A stretch of 64,000 nucleotides of DNA from Auanema rhodensis. Lineage: Eukaryota > Animalia > Nematoda. Under the pieces are notes generated by a model, which saw only the letters and a list, made by a program, of their open reading frames with translations, had not been told where the DNA came from and did no database searches. Each line of letters begins with the position of its first letter. Position 1 is the stretch's first letter. The translations under genes and the position numbers were made by a program. Shown in pieces: positions 27,401 to 42,900 of this stretch. Location of the stretch: contig CAXKVF010000076.1 of NCBI GenBank assembly GCA_964057225.1, positions 745,765 to 809,764 of the forward strand, in the 5' to 3' direction.

Positions 27401-30400
27401 GTTCACGTAAATTTCAAAGTCATGGTTACCATGAAGCAATATCAATAAAAATTTGTTTTTAGACTAATATGGACATGGGGAATCTAATTTTGAAAACCGC
27501 ATCTCTTTATCTTTCACGTGAAGCGAGTTACATACCAAGTGCACATCACGTGTACATTTAATTAGCATAAATTAAAGTTCACGTAAATTTCAAAGTCATG
27601 GTTACCATGAAGCAATATCAATAAAAATTTGTTTTTAGACTAATATGGACATGGGGAATCTAATTTTGAAAACCGCATCTCTTTATCTTTCACGTGAAGC
27701 GAGTTACATACCAAGTGCAAATCACGTGTACATTTAATTAGCATGAATTAAAGTTCACGTAAATTTCAAAGTCATGGTTACCATGCACCAATATCAATAA
27801 AAATTTGTTTTTAGACTAATATGGACATGGGGAATCTAATTTTGAAAACCGCATCTCTTTATCTTTCACGTGAAGCGAGTTACATACCAAGTGCACATCA
27901 CGTGTACATTTAATTAGCATAAATTAAAGTTCACGTAAATTTCAAAGTCATGGTTACCATGAAGCAATATCAATAAAAATTTGTTTTTAGACTAATATGG
28001 ACATGGGGAATCTAATTTTGAAAACCGCATCTCTTTATCTTTCACGTGAAGCGAGTTACATACCAAGTGCACATCACGTGTACATTTAATTAGCATAAAT
28101 TAAAGTTCACGTAAATTTCAAAGTCATGGTTACCATGAACCAATATCAATAAAAATTTGTTTTTAGACTAATATGGACATGGGGAATCTAATTTTGAAAA
28201 CCGCATCTCTTTATCTTTCACGTGAAGCGAGTTACATACCAAGTGCACATCACGTGTACATTTAATTTGCATAAATTAAAGTTCACGTAAAATTCAAAGT
28301 CATGGTTACCATGCACCAATATCAATAAAAATTTGTTTTTAGACTAATATGGACATGGGGAATCTAATTTTGAAAACCGCATCTCTTTATCTTTCACGTG
28401 AAGCGAGTTACATACCAAGTGCACATCACGTGTACATTTAATTAGCATAAATTAAAGTTCACGTAAATTTCAAAGTCATGGTTACCATGAACCAATATCA
28501 ATAAAAATTTGTTTTTAGACTAATATGGACATGGGGAATCTAATTTTGAAAACCGCATCTCTTTATCTTTCACGTGAAGCGAGTTACATACCAAGTGCAC
28601 ATCACGTGTACATTTAATTAGCATAAATTAAAGTTCACGTAAAATTCAAAGTCATGGTTACCATGCACCAATATCAATAAAAGTTTGTTTTTAGACTAAT
28701 ATAGACATAGGGAATCTAATTTTGAAAACCGCATCTCTTTATCTTTCACGTGAAGCGAGTTACATACCAAATGCACATCACGTGTACATTTAATTAGCAT
28801 AAATTAAAGTTCACGTAAATTTCAAAGTCATGGTTACCATGAACCAATATCAATAAAAATTTGTTTTTAGACTAATATGGACATGGGGAATCTAATTTTG
28901 AAAACCGCATCTCTTTATCTTTCACGTGAAGCGAGTTACATACCAAGTGCACATCACGTGTACATTTAATTAGCATAAATTAAAGTTCACGTAAATTTCA
29001 AAGTCATGGTTACCATGAAGCAATATCAATAAAAATTTGTTTTTAGACTAATATGGACATGGGGAATCTAATTTTGAAAACCGCATCTCTTTATCTTTCA
29101 CGTGAAGCGAGTTACATACCAAGTGCACATCACGTGTACATTTTATTAGCATAAATTAAAGTTCACGTAAATTTCAAAGTCATGGTTACCATGAACCAAT
29201 ATCAATAAAAATTTGTTTTTAGACTAATATGGACATGGGGAATCTAATTTTGAAAACCGCATCTCTTTATCTTTCACGTGAAGCGAGTTACATACCAAGT
29301 GCACATCACGTGTACATTTAATTAGCATAAATTAAAGTTCACGTAAATTTCAAAGTCATGGTTACCATGAAGCAATATCAATAAAAATTTGTTTTTAGAC
29401 TAATATGGACATGGGGAATCTAATTTTGAAAACCGCATCTCTTTATCTTTCACGTGAAGCGAGTTACATACCAAGTGCACATCACGTGTACATTTAATTA
29501 GCATAAATTAAAGTTCACGTAAATTTCAAAGTCATGGTTACCATGAAGCAATATCAATAAAAATTTGTTTTTAGACTAATATGGACATGGGGAATCTAAT
29601 TTTGAAAACCGCATCTCTTTATCTTTCACGTGAAGCGAGTTACATACCAAGTGCACATCACGTGTACATTTAATTAGCATAAATTAAAGTTCACGTAAAT
29701 TTCAAAGTCATGGTTACCATGAAGCAATATCAATAAAAATTTGTTTTTAGACTAATATGGACATGGGGAATCTAATTTTGAAAACCGCATCTCTTTATCT
29801 TTCACGTGAAGCGAGTTACATACCAAGTGCACATCACGTGTACATTTAATTAGCATGAATTAAAGTTCACGTAAATTTCAAAGTCATGGTTACCATGAAG
29901 CAATATCAATAAAAATTTGTTTTTAGACTAATATGGACATGGGGAATCTAATTTTGAAAACCGCATCTCTTTATCTTTTAAGTGAAGCGAGTTACATACC
30001 AAGTGCACATCACGTGTACATTTAATTAGCATGAATTAAAGTTCACGTAAATTTCAAAGTCATGGTTACCATGCACCAATATCAATAAAAATTTGTTTTT
30101 AGACTAATATGGACATGGGGAATCTAATTTTGAAAACCGCAGCTCTTTATCTTTCACGTGAAGCGAGTTACATACCAAGTGCACATCACGTGTACATTTA
30201 ATTAGCATAAATTAAAGTTCACGTAAATTTTGTTTTTAGACTAATATGGACATGGGGAATCTAATTTTGAAAACCGCATCTCTTTATCTTTCACGTGAAG
30301 CGAGTTACATACCAAGTGCACATCACGTGTACATTTAATTAGCATAAATTAAAGTTCACGTAAATTTCAAAGTCATGGTTACCATGCACCAATATCAATA

Positions 30401-30910
30401 AAAATTTGTTTTTAGACTAATATGGACATGGGGAATCTAATTTTGAAAACCGCATCTCTTTATCTTTCACGTGAAGCGAGTTACATACCAAGTGCACATC
30501 ACGTGTACATTTAATTAGCATAAATTAAAGTTCACGTAAATTTCAAAGTCATGGTTACCATGAAGCAATATCAATAAAAATTTGTTTTTAGACTAATATG
30601 GACATGGGGAATCTAATTTTGAAAACCGCATCTCTTTATCTTTCACGTGAAGCGAGTTACATACCAAGTGCAAATCACGTGTACATTTAATTAGCATGAA
30701 TTAAAGTTCACGTAAATTTCAAAGTCATGGTTACCATGCACCAATATCAATAAAAATTTGTTTTTAGACTAATATGGACATGGGGAATCTAATTTTGAAA
30801 ACCGCATCTCTTTATCTTTCACGTGAAGCGAGTTACATACCAAGTGCACATCACGTGTACATTTAATTAGCATAAATTAAAGTTCACGTAAATTTCAAAG
30901 TCATGGTTAC
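24140..30910 (-). repeat. Higher-order duplication with 3657-bp period (20x176+137)
   Basis: TTTGCAT 24611/28268, AAAAGTTT 25026/28683, 39-bp deletion 26571/30228 and GCAAAT 27016/30673 are all exactly 3657 bp apart. Confidence 0.92.
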
Positions 30911-33900
30911 CATGAACCAATATCAATAAAAATTTGTTTTTAGACTAATATGGACATGGGGAATCTAATTTTGAAAACCGCATCTCTTTATCTTTCACGT
31001 GAAGCGAGTTACATACCAAGTGCACATCACGTGTACATTTAATTAGCATGAATTAAAGTTCACGTAAATTTCAAAGTCATGGTTACCATGAAGCAATATC
31101 AATAAAAATTTGTTTTTAGACTAATATGGACATGGGGAATCTAATTTTGAAAACCGCATCTCTTTATCTTTCAAGTGAAGCGAGTTACATACCAAGTGCA
31201 CATCACGTGTACATTTAATTAGCATGAATTAAAGTTCACGTAAATTTCAAAGTCATGGTTACCATGCACCAATATCAATAAAAATTTGTTTTTAGACTAA
31301 TATGGACATGGGGAATCTAATTTTGAAAACCGCATCTCTTTATCTTTCACGTGAAGCGAGTTACATACCAAGTGCACATCACGTGTACATTTAATTAGCA
31401 TAAATTAAAGTTCACGTAAATTTTGTTTTTAGACTAATATGGACATGGGGAATCTAATTTTGAAAACCGCATCTCTTTATCTTTCACGTGAAGCGAGTTA
31501 CATACCAAGTGCACATCACGTGTACATTTAATTAGCATAAATTAAAGTTCACGTAAATTTCAAAGTCATGGTTACCATGCACCAATATCAATAAAAATTT
31601 GTTTTTAGACTAATATGGACATGGGGAATCTAATTTTGAAAACCGCATCTCTTTATCTTTCACGTGAAGCGAGTTACATACCAAGTGCACATCACGTGTA
31701 CATTTAATTAGCATAAATTAAAGTTCACGTAAATTTCAAAGTCATGGTTACCATGAAGCAATATCAATAAAAATTTGTTTTTAGACTAATATGGACATGG
31801 GGAATCTAATTTTGAAAACCGCATCTCTTTATCTTTCACGTGAAGCGAGTTACATACCAAGTGCAAATCACGTGTACATTTAATTAGCATGAATTAAAGT
31901 TCACGTAAATTTCAAAGTCATGGTTACCATGCACCAATATCAATAAAAATTTGTTTTTAGACTAATATGGACATGGGGAATCTAATTTTGAAAACCGCAT
32001 CTCTTTATCTTTCACGGGAAGCGAGTTACATACCAAGTGCACATCACGTGTACATTTAATTAGCATAAATTAAAGTTCACGTAAATTTCAAAGTCATGGT
32101 TACCATGCACCAATATCAATAAAAATTTGTTTTTAGACTAATATGGACATGGGGAATCTAATTTTGAAAACCGCATCTCTTTATCTTTCACGTGAAGCGA
32201 GTTACATACCAAGTGCACATCACGTGTACATTTAATTAGCATAAATTAAAGTTCACGTAAATTTCAAAGTCATGGTTACCATGCACCAATATCAATAAAA
32301 ATTTGTTTTTAGACTAATATGGACATGGGGAATCTAATTTTGAAAACCGCATCTCTTTATCTTTCACGTGAAGCGATTTACATACCAAGTGCACATCACG
32401 TGTACATTTAATTAGCATAAATTAAAGTTCACGTAAATTTCAAAGTCATGGTTACCATGCACCAATATCAATAAAAATTTGTTTTTAGACTAATATGGAC
32501 ATGGGGAATCTAATTTTGAAAACCGCATCTCTTTATCTTTCACGTGAAGCGAGTTACATACCAAGTGAACATCACGTGTACATTTAATTAGCATAAATTA
32601 AAGTTCACGTAAATTTCAAAGTCATGGTTACCATGCACCAATATCAATAAAAATTTGTTTTTAGACTAATATGGACATGGGGAATCGAATTTTGAAAACC
32701 GCATCTCTTTATCTTTCACGTGAAGCGAGTTACATACCAAGTGCACATCACGTGTACATTTAATTAGCATAAATTAAAGTTCACGTAAATTTCAAAGTCA
32801 TGGTTACCATGCACCAATATCAATAAAAATTTGTTTTTAGACTAATATGGACATGGGGAATCTAATTTTGAAAACCGCATCTCTTTATCTTTCACGTGAA
32901 GCGAGTTACATACCAAGTGCAAATCACGTGTACATTTAATTAGCATGAATTAAAGTTCACGTAAATTTCAAAGTCATGGTTACCATGCACCAATATCAAT
33001 AAAAATTTGTTTTTAGACTAATATGGACATGGGGAATCTAATTTTGAAAACCGCATCTCTTTATCTTTCACGTGAAGCGAGTTACATACCAAGTGCACAT
33101 CACGTGTACATTTAATTAGCATAAATTAAAGTTCACGTAAATTTCAAAGTCATGGTTACCATGAACCAATATCAATAAAAATTTGTTTTTAGACTAATAT
33201 GGACATGGGGAATCTAATTTTGAAAACCGCATCTCTTTATCTTTCACGTGAAGCGAGTTACATACCAAGTGCACATCACGTGTACATTTAATTAGCATGA
33301 ATTAAAGTTCACGTAAATTTCAAAGTCATGGTTACCATGAAGCAATATCAATAAAAATTTGTTTTTAGACTAATATGGACATGGGGAATCTAATTTTGAA
33401 AACCGCATCTCTTTATCTTTCAAGTGAAGCGAGTTACATACCAAGTGCACATCACGTGTACATTTAATTAGCATGAATTAAAGTTCACGTAAATTTCAAA
33501 GTCATGGTTACCATGCACCAATATCAATAAAAATTTGTTTTTAGACTAATATGGACATGGGGAATCTAATTTTGAAAACCGCATCTCTTTATCTTTCACG
33601 TGAAGCGAGTTACATACCAAGTGCACATCACGTGTACATTTAATTAGCATAAATTAAAGTTCACGTAAATTTTGTTTTTAGACTAATATGGACATGGGGA
33701 ATCTAATTTTGAAAACCGCATCTCTTTATCTTTCACGTGAAGCGAGTTACATACCAAGTGCACATCACGTGTACATTTAATTAGCATAAATTAAAGTTCA
33801 CGTAAATTTCAAAGTCATGGTTACCATGCACCAATATCAATAAAAATTTGTTTTTAGACTAATATGGACATGGGGAATCTAATTTTGAAAACCGCATCTC

Positions 33901-36900
33901 TTTATCTTTCACGTGAAGCGAGTTACATACCAAGTGCACATCACGTGTACATTTAATTAGCATAAATTAAAGTTCACGTAAATTTCAAAGTCATGGTTAC
34001 CATGAAGCAATATCAATAAAAATTTGTTTTTAGACTAATATGGACATGGGGAATCTAATTTTGAAAACCGCATCTCTTTATCTTTCACGTGAAGCGAGTT
34101 ACATACCAAGTGCAAATCACGTGTACATTTAATTAGCATGAATTAAAGTTCACGTAAATTTCAAAGTCATGGTTACCATGCACCAATATCAATAAAAATT
34201 TGTTTTTAGACTAATATGGACATGGGGAATCTAATGTTGAAAACCGCATCTCTTTATCTTTCACGTGAAGCGAGTTACATACCAAGTGCACATCACGTGT
34301 ACATTTAATTAGCATAAATTAAAGTTCACGTAAATTTCAAAGTCATGGTTACCATGAAGCAATATCAATAAAAATTTGTTTTTAGACTAATATGGACATG
34401 GGGAATCTAATTTTGAAAACCGCATCTCTTTATCTTTCACGTGAAGCGAGTTACATACCAAGTGCACATCACGTGTACATTTAATTAGCATAAATTAAAG
34501 TTCACGTAAATTTCAAAGTCATGGTTACCATGAACCAATATCAATAAAAATTTGTTTTTAGACTAATATGGACATGGGGAATCTAATTTTGAAAACCGCA
34601 TCTCTTTATCTTTCACGTGAAGCGAGTTACATACCAAGTGCACATCACGTGTACATTTAATTAGCATGAATTAAAGTTCACGTAAATTTCAAAGTCATGG
34701 TTACCATGAAGCAATATCAATAAAAATTTGTTTTTAGACTAATATGGACATGGGGAATCTAATTTTGAAAACCGCATCTCTTTATCTTTCAAGTGAAGCG
34801 AGTTACATACCAAGTGCACATCACGTGTACATTTAATTAGCATGAATTAAAGTTCACGTAAATTTCAAAGTCATGGTTACCATGCACCAATATCAATAAA
34901 AATTTGTTTTTAGACTAATATGGACATGGGGAATCTAATTTTGAAAACCGCATCTCTTTATCTTTCACGTGAAGCGAGTTACATACCAAGTGCACATCAC
35001 GTGTACATTTAATTAGCATAAATTAAAGTTCACGTAAATTTTGTTTTTAGACTAATATGGACATGGGGAATCTAATTTTGAAAACCGCATCTCTTTATCT
35101 TTCACGTGAAGCGAGTTACATACCAAGTGCACATCACGTGTACATTTAATTAGCATAAATTAAAGTTCACGTAAATTTCAAAGTCATGGTTACCATGCAC
35201 CAATATCAATAAAAATTTGTTTTTAGACTAATATGGACATGGGGAATCTAATTTTGAAAACCGCATCTCTTTATCTTTCACGTGAAGCGAGTTACATACC
35301 AAGTGCACATCACGTGTACATTTAATTAGCATAAATTAAAGTTCACGTAAATTTCAAAGTCATGGTTACCATGAAGCAATATCAATAAAAATTTGTTTTT
35401 AGACTAATATGGACATGGGGAATCTAATTTTGAAAACCGCATCTCTTTATCTTTCACGTGAAGCGAGTTACATACCAAGTGCACATCACGTGTACATTTA
35501 ATTAGCATGAATTAAAGTTCACGTAAATTTCAAAGTCATGGTTACCATGCACCAATATCAATAAAAATTTGTTTTTAGACTAATATGGACATGGGGAATC
35601 TAATTTTAAAAACCGCATCTCTTTATCTTTCACGTGAAGCGAGTTACATACCAAGTGCACATCACGTGTACATTTAATTAGCATAAATTAAAGTTCACGT
35701 AAATTTCAAAGTCATGGTTACCATGCACCAATATCAATAAAAATTTGTTTTTAGACTAATATGGACATGGGGAATCTAATTTTGAAAACCGCATCTCTTT
35801 ATCTTTCACGTGAAGCGATTTACATACCAAGTGCACATCACGTGTACATTTAATTAGCATAAATTAAAGTTCACGTAAATTTCAAAGTCATGGTTACCAT
35901 GCACCAATATCAATAAAAATTTGTTTTTAGACTAATATGGACATGGGGAATCTAATTTTGAAAACCGCATCTCTTTATCTTTCACGTGAAGCGAGTTACA
36001 TACCAAGTGCACATCACGTGTACATTTAATTAGCATAAATTAAAGTTCACGTAAATTTCAAAGTCATGGTTACCATGCACCAATATCAATAAAAATTTGT
36101 TTTTAGACTAATATGGACATAGGGAATCTAATTTTGAAAACCGCATCTCTTTATCTTTCACGTGAAGCGAGTTACATACCAAATGCACATCACGTGTACA
36201 TTTAATTAGCATAAATTAAAGTTCACGTAAATTTCAAAGTCATGGTTACCATGAACCAATATCAATAAAAATTTGTTTTTAGACTAATATGGACATGGGG
36301 AATCTAATTTTGAAAACCGCATCTCTTTATCTTTCACGTGAAGCGAGTTACATACCAAGTGCACATCACGTGTACATTTAATTAGCATAAATTAAAGTTC
36401 ACGTAAATTTCAAAGTCATGGTTACCATGAACCAATATCAATAAAAATTTGTTTTTAGACTAATATGGACATGGGGAATCTAATTTTGAAAACCGCATCT
36501 CTTTATCTTTCACGTGAAGCGATTTACATACCAAGTGCACATCACGTGTACATTTAATTAGCATGAATTAAAGTTCACGTAAATTTCAAAGTCATGGTTA
36601 CCATGCACCAATATCAATAAAAATTTGTTTTTAGACTAATATGGACATGGGGAATCTAATTTTGAAAACCGCATCTCTTTATCTTTCACGTGAAGCGAGT
36701 TACATACCAAGTGCACATCACGTGTACATTTAATTAGCATAAATTAAAGTTCACGTAAATTTTGTTTTTAGACTAATATGGACATGGGGAATCTAATTTT
36801 GAAAACCGCATCTCTTTATCTTTCACGTGAAGCGAGTTACATACCAAGTGCACATCACGTGTACATTTAATTAGCATAAATTAAAGTTCACGTAAATTTC

Positions 36901-39900
36901 AAAGTCATGGTTACCATGCACCAATATCAATAAAAATTTGTTTTTAGACTAATATGGACATGGGGAATCTAATTTTGAAAACCGCATCTCTTTATCTTTC
37001 ACGTGAAGCGAGTTACATACCAAGTGCACATCACGTGTACATTTAATTAGCATAAATTAAAGTTCACGTAAATTTCAAAGTCATGGTTACCATGAAGCAA
37101 TATCAATAAAAATTTGTTTTTAGACTAATATGGACATGGGGAATCTAATTTTGAAAACCGCATCTCTTTATCTTTCACGTGAAGCGAGTTACATACCAAG
37201 TGCACATCACGTGTACATTTAATTAGCATGAATTAAAGTTCACGTAAATTTCAAAGTCATGGTTACCATGCACCAATATCAATAAAAATTTGTTTTTAGA
37301 CTAATATGGACATGGGGAATCTAATTTTGAAAACCGCATCTCTTTATCTTTCACGTGAAGCGAGTTACATACCAAGTGCACATCACGTGTACATTTAATT
37401 AGCATAAATTAAAGTTCACGTAAATTTCAAAGTCATGGTTACCATGCACCAATATCAATAAAAATTTGTTTTTAGACTAATATGGACATGGGGAATCTAA
37501 TTTTGAAAACCGCATCTCTTTATCTTTCACGTGAAGCGATTTACATACCAAGTGCACATCACGTGTACATTTAATTAGCATAAATTAAAGTTCACGTAAA
37601 TTTCAAAGTCATGGTTACCATGCACCAATATCAATAAAAATTTGTTTTTAGACTAATATGGACATGGGGAATCTAATTTTGAAAACCGCATCTCTTTATC
37701 TTTCACGTGAAGCGAGTTACATACCAAGTGCACATCACGTGTACATTTAATTAGCATAAATTAAAGTTCACGTAAATTTCAAAGTCATGGTTACCATGCA
37801 CCAATATCAATAAAAATTTGTTTTTAGACTAATATGGACATAGGGAATCTAATTTTGAAAACCGCATCTCTTTATCTTTCACGTGAAGCGAGTTACATAC
37901 CAAATGCACATCACGTGTACATTTAATTAGCATAAATTAAAGTTCACGTAAATTTCAAAGTCATGGTTACCATGAACCAATATCAATAAAAATTTGTTTT
38001 TAGACTAATATGGACATGGGGAATCTAATTTTGAAAACCGCATCTCTTTATCTTTCACGTGAAGCGAGTTACATACCAAGTGCACATCACGTGTACATTT
38101 AATTAGCATAAATTAAAGTTCACGTAAATTTCAAAGTCATGGTTACCATGAACCAATATCAATAAAAATTTGTTTTTAGACTAATATGGACATGGGGAAT
38201 CTAATTTTGAAAACCGCATCTCTTTATCTTTCACGTGAAGCGAGTTACATACCAAGTGCACATCACGTGTACATTTAATTAGCATAAATTAAAGTTCACG
38301 TAAATTTCAAAGTCATGGTTACCATGCACCAATATCAATAAAAATTTGTTTTTAGACTAATATGGACATGGGGAATCTAATTTTGAAAACCGCATCTCTT
38401 TATCTTTCACGTGAAGCGAGTTACATACCAAGTGCACATCACGTGTACATTTAATTAGCATAAATTAAAGTTGACGTAAATTTCAAAGTCATGGTTACCA
38501 TGCACCAATATCAATAAAAATTTGTTTTTAGACTAATATGGACATAGGGAATCTAATTTTGAAAACCGCATCTCTTTATCTTTCACGTGAAGCGAGTTAC
38601 ATACCAAATGCACATCACGTGTACATTTAATTAGCATAAATTAAAGTTCACGTAAATTTCAAAGTCATGGTTACCATGAACCAATATCAATAAAAATTTG
38701 TTTTTAGACTAATATGGACATGGGGAATCTAATTTTGAAAACCGCATCTCTTTATCTTTCACGTGAAGCGAGTTACATACCAAGTGCACATCACGTGTAC
38801 ATTTAATTAGCATAAATTAAAGTTCACGTAAATTTCAAAGTCATGGTTACCATGAACCAATATCAATAAAAATTTGTTTTTAGACTAATATGGACATGGG
38901 GAATCTAATTTTGAAAACCGCATCTCTTTATCTTTCACGTGAAGCGAGTTACATACCAAGTGCACATCACGTGTACATTTAATTAGCATAAATTAAAGTT
39001 CACGTAAATTTCAAAGTCATGGTTACCATGAAGCAATATCAATAAAAATTTGTTTTTAGACTAATATGGACATGGGGAATCTAATTTTGAAAACCGCATC
39101 TCTTTATCTTTCACGTGAAGCGAGTTACATACCAAGTGCACATCACGTGTACATTTAATTAGCATAAATTAAAGTTCACGTAAATTTCAAAGTCATGGTT
39201 ACCATGAAGCAATATCAATAAAAATTTGTTTTTAGACTAATATGGACATGGGGAATCTAATTTTGAAAACCGCATCTCTTTATCTTTCACGTGAAGCGAG
39301 TTACATACCAAGTGCACATTACGTGTACATTTAATTAGCATAAATTAAAGTTCACGTAAATTTCAAAGTCATGGTTACCATGAACCAATATCAATAAAAA
39401 TTTGTTTTTAGACTAATATGGACATGGGGAATCTAATTTTGAAAACCGCATCTCTTTATCTTTCACGTGAAGCGAGTTACATACCAAGTGCACATCACGT
39501 GTACATTTAATTAGCATAAATTAAAGTTCACGTAAATTTCAAAGTCATGGTTACCATGCACCAATATCAATAAAAATTTGTTTTTAGACTAATATGGACA
39601 TGGGGAATCTAATTTTGAAAACCGCATCTTTTTATCTTTCACGTGAAGAGAGTTACATACCAAGTGCACATCACGTGTACATTTAATTAGCATAAATTAA
39701 AGTTCACGTAAATTTCAAAGTCATGGTTACCATGAACCAATATCAAAAAAAATTTGTTTTTAGACTAATATGGACATGGGGAATCTAATTTTGAAAACCG
39801 CATCTCTTTATCTTTCACGTGAAGCGAGTTACATACCAAGTGCACATCACGTGTACATTTAATTAGCATAAATTAAAGTTCACGTAAATTTCAAAGTCAT

Positions 39901-42900
39901 GGTTACCATGCACCAATATCAATAAAAATTTGTTTTTAGACTAATATGGACATGGGGAATCTAATTTTGAAAACCGCATCTCTTTATCTTTCACGTGAAG
40001 CGAGTTACATACCAAGTGCACATCACGTGTACATTTAATTAGCATAAATTAAAGTTCACGTAAATTTCAAAGTCATGGTTACCATGAACCAATATCAATA
40101 AAAATTTGTTTTTAGACTAATATGGACATGGGGAATCTAATTTTGAAAACCGCATCTCTTTATCTTTCACGTGAAGCGAGTTACATACCAAGTGCACATC
40201 ACGTGTACATTTAATTAGCATGAATTAAAGTTCACGTAAATTTCAAAGTCATGGTTACCATGAAGCAATATCAATAAAAATTTGTTTTTAGACTAATATG
40301 GACATGGGGAATCTAATTTTGAAAACCGCATCTCTTTATCTTTCAAGTGAAGCGAGTTACATACCAAGTGCACATCACGTGTACATTTAATTAGCATGAA
40401 TTAAAGTTCACGTAAATTTCAAAGTCATGGTTACCATGCACCAATATCAATAAAAATTTGTTTTTAGACTAATATGGACATGGGGAATCTAATTTTGAAA
40501 ACCGCATCTCTTTATCTTTCACGTGAAGCGAGTTACATACCAAGTGCACATCACGTGTACATTTAATTAGCATAAATTAAAGTTCACGTAAATTTTGTTT
40601 TTAGACTAATATGGACATGGGGAATCTAATTTTGAAAACCGCATCTCTTTATCTTTCACGTGAAGCGAGTTACATACCAAGTGCACATCACGTGTACATT
40701 TAATTAGCATAAATTAAAGTTCACGTAAATTTCAAAGTCATGGTTACCATGCACCAATATCAATAAAAATTTGTTTTTAGACTAATATGGACATGGGGAA
40801 TCTAATTTTGAAAACCGCATCTCTTTATCTTTCACGTGAAGCGAGTTACATACCAAGTGCACATCACGTGTACATTTAATTAGCATAAATTAAAGTTCAC
40901 GTAAATTTCAAAGTCATGGTTACCATGAAGCAATATCAATAAAAATTTGTTTTTAGACTAATATGGACATGGGGAATCTAATTTTGAAAACCGCATCTCT
41001 TTATCTTTCACGTGAAGCGAGTTACATACCAAGTGCACATCACGTGTACATTTAATTAGCATGAATTAAAGTTCACGTAAATTTCAAAGTCATGGTTACC
41101 ATGCACCAATATCAATAAAAATTTGTTTTTAGACTAATATGGACATGGGGAATCTAATTTTGAAAACCGCATCTCTTTATCTTTCACGTGAAGCGAGTTA
41201 CATACCAAGTGCACATCACGTGTACATTTAATTAGCATAAATTAAAGTTCACGTAAATTTCAAAGTCATGGTTACCATGCACCAATATCAATAAAAATTT
41301 GTTTTTAGACTAATATGGACATGGGGAATCTAATTTTGAAAACCGCATCTCTTTATCTTTCACGTGAAGCGAGTTACATACCAAGTGCACATCACGTGTA
41401 CATTTAATTAGCATAAATTAAAGTTCACGTAAATTTCAAAGTCATGGTTACCATGCACCAATATCAATAAAAATTTGTTTTTAGACTAATATGGACATGG
41501 GGAATCTAATTTTGAAAACCGCATCTCTTTATCTTTCACGTGAAGCGATTTACATACCAAGTGCACATCACGTGTACATTTAATTAGCATAAATTAAAGT
41601 TCACGTAAATTTCAAAGTCATGGTTACCATGCACCAATATCAATAAAAATTTGTTTTTAGACTAATATGGACATGGGGAATCTAATTTTGAAAACCGCAT
41701 CTCTTTATCTTTCACGTGAAGCGAGTTACATACCAAGTGCACATCACGTGTACATTTAATTAGCATGAATTAAAGTTCACGTAAATTTCAAAGTCATGGT
41801 TACCATGCACCAATATCAATAAAAATTTGTTTTTAGACTAATATGGACATGGGGAATCTAATTTTGAAAACCGCATCTCTTTATCTTTCACGTGAAGCGA
41901 GTTACATACCAAGTGCACATCACGTGTACATTTAATTAGCATAAATTAAAGTTCACGTAAATTTCAAAGTCATGGTTACCATGCACCAATATCAATAAAA
42001 ATTTGTTTTTAGACTAATATGGACATGGGGAATCTAATTTTGAAAACCGCATCTCTTTATCTTTCACGTGAAGCGAGTTACATACCAAGTGCACATCACG
42101 TGTACATTTAATTAGCATAAATTAAAGTTCACGTAAATTTCAAAGTCATGGTTACCATGCACCAATATCAATAAAAATTTGTTTTTAGACTAATATGGAC
42201 ATGGGGAATCTAATTTTGAAAACCGCATCTCTTTATCTTTCACGTGAAGCGATTTACATACCAAGTGCACATCACGTGTACATTTAATTAGCATAAATTA
42301 AAGTTCACGTAAATTTCAAAGTCATGGTTACCATGCACCAATATCAATAAAAATTTGTTTTTAGACTAATATGGACATGGGGAATCTAATTTTGAAAACC
42401 GCATCTCTTTATCTTTCACGTGAAGCGAGTTACATACCAAGTGCACATCACGTGTACATTTAATTAGCATAAATTAAAGTTCACGTAAATTTCAAAGTCA
42501 TGGTTACCATGCACCAATATCAATAAAAATTTGTTTTTAGACTAATATGGACATGGGGAATCGAATTTTGAAAACCGCATCTCTTTATCTTTCACGTGAA
42601 GCGAGTTACATACCAAGTGCACATCACGTGTACATTTAATTAGCATAAATTAAAGTTCACGTAAATTTCAAAGTCATGGTTACCATGCACCAATATCAAT
42701 AAAAATTTGTTTTTAGACTAATATGGACATGGGGAATCTAATTTTGAAAACCGCATCTTTTTATCTTTCACGTGAAGAGAGTTACATACCAAGTGCACAT
42801 CACGTGTACATTTAATTAGCATAAATTAAAGTTCACGTAAATTTCAAAGTCATGGTTACCATGAACCAATATCAATAAAAATTTGTTTTTAGACTAATAT

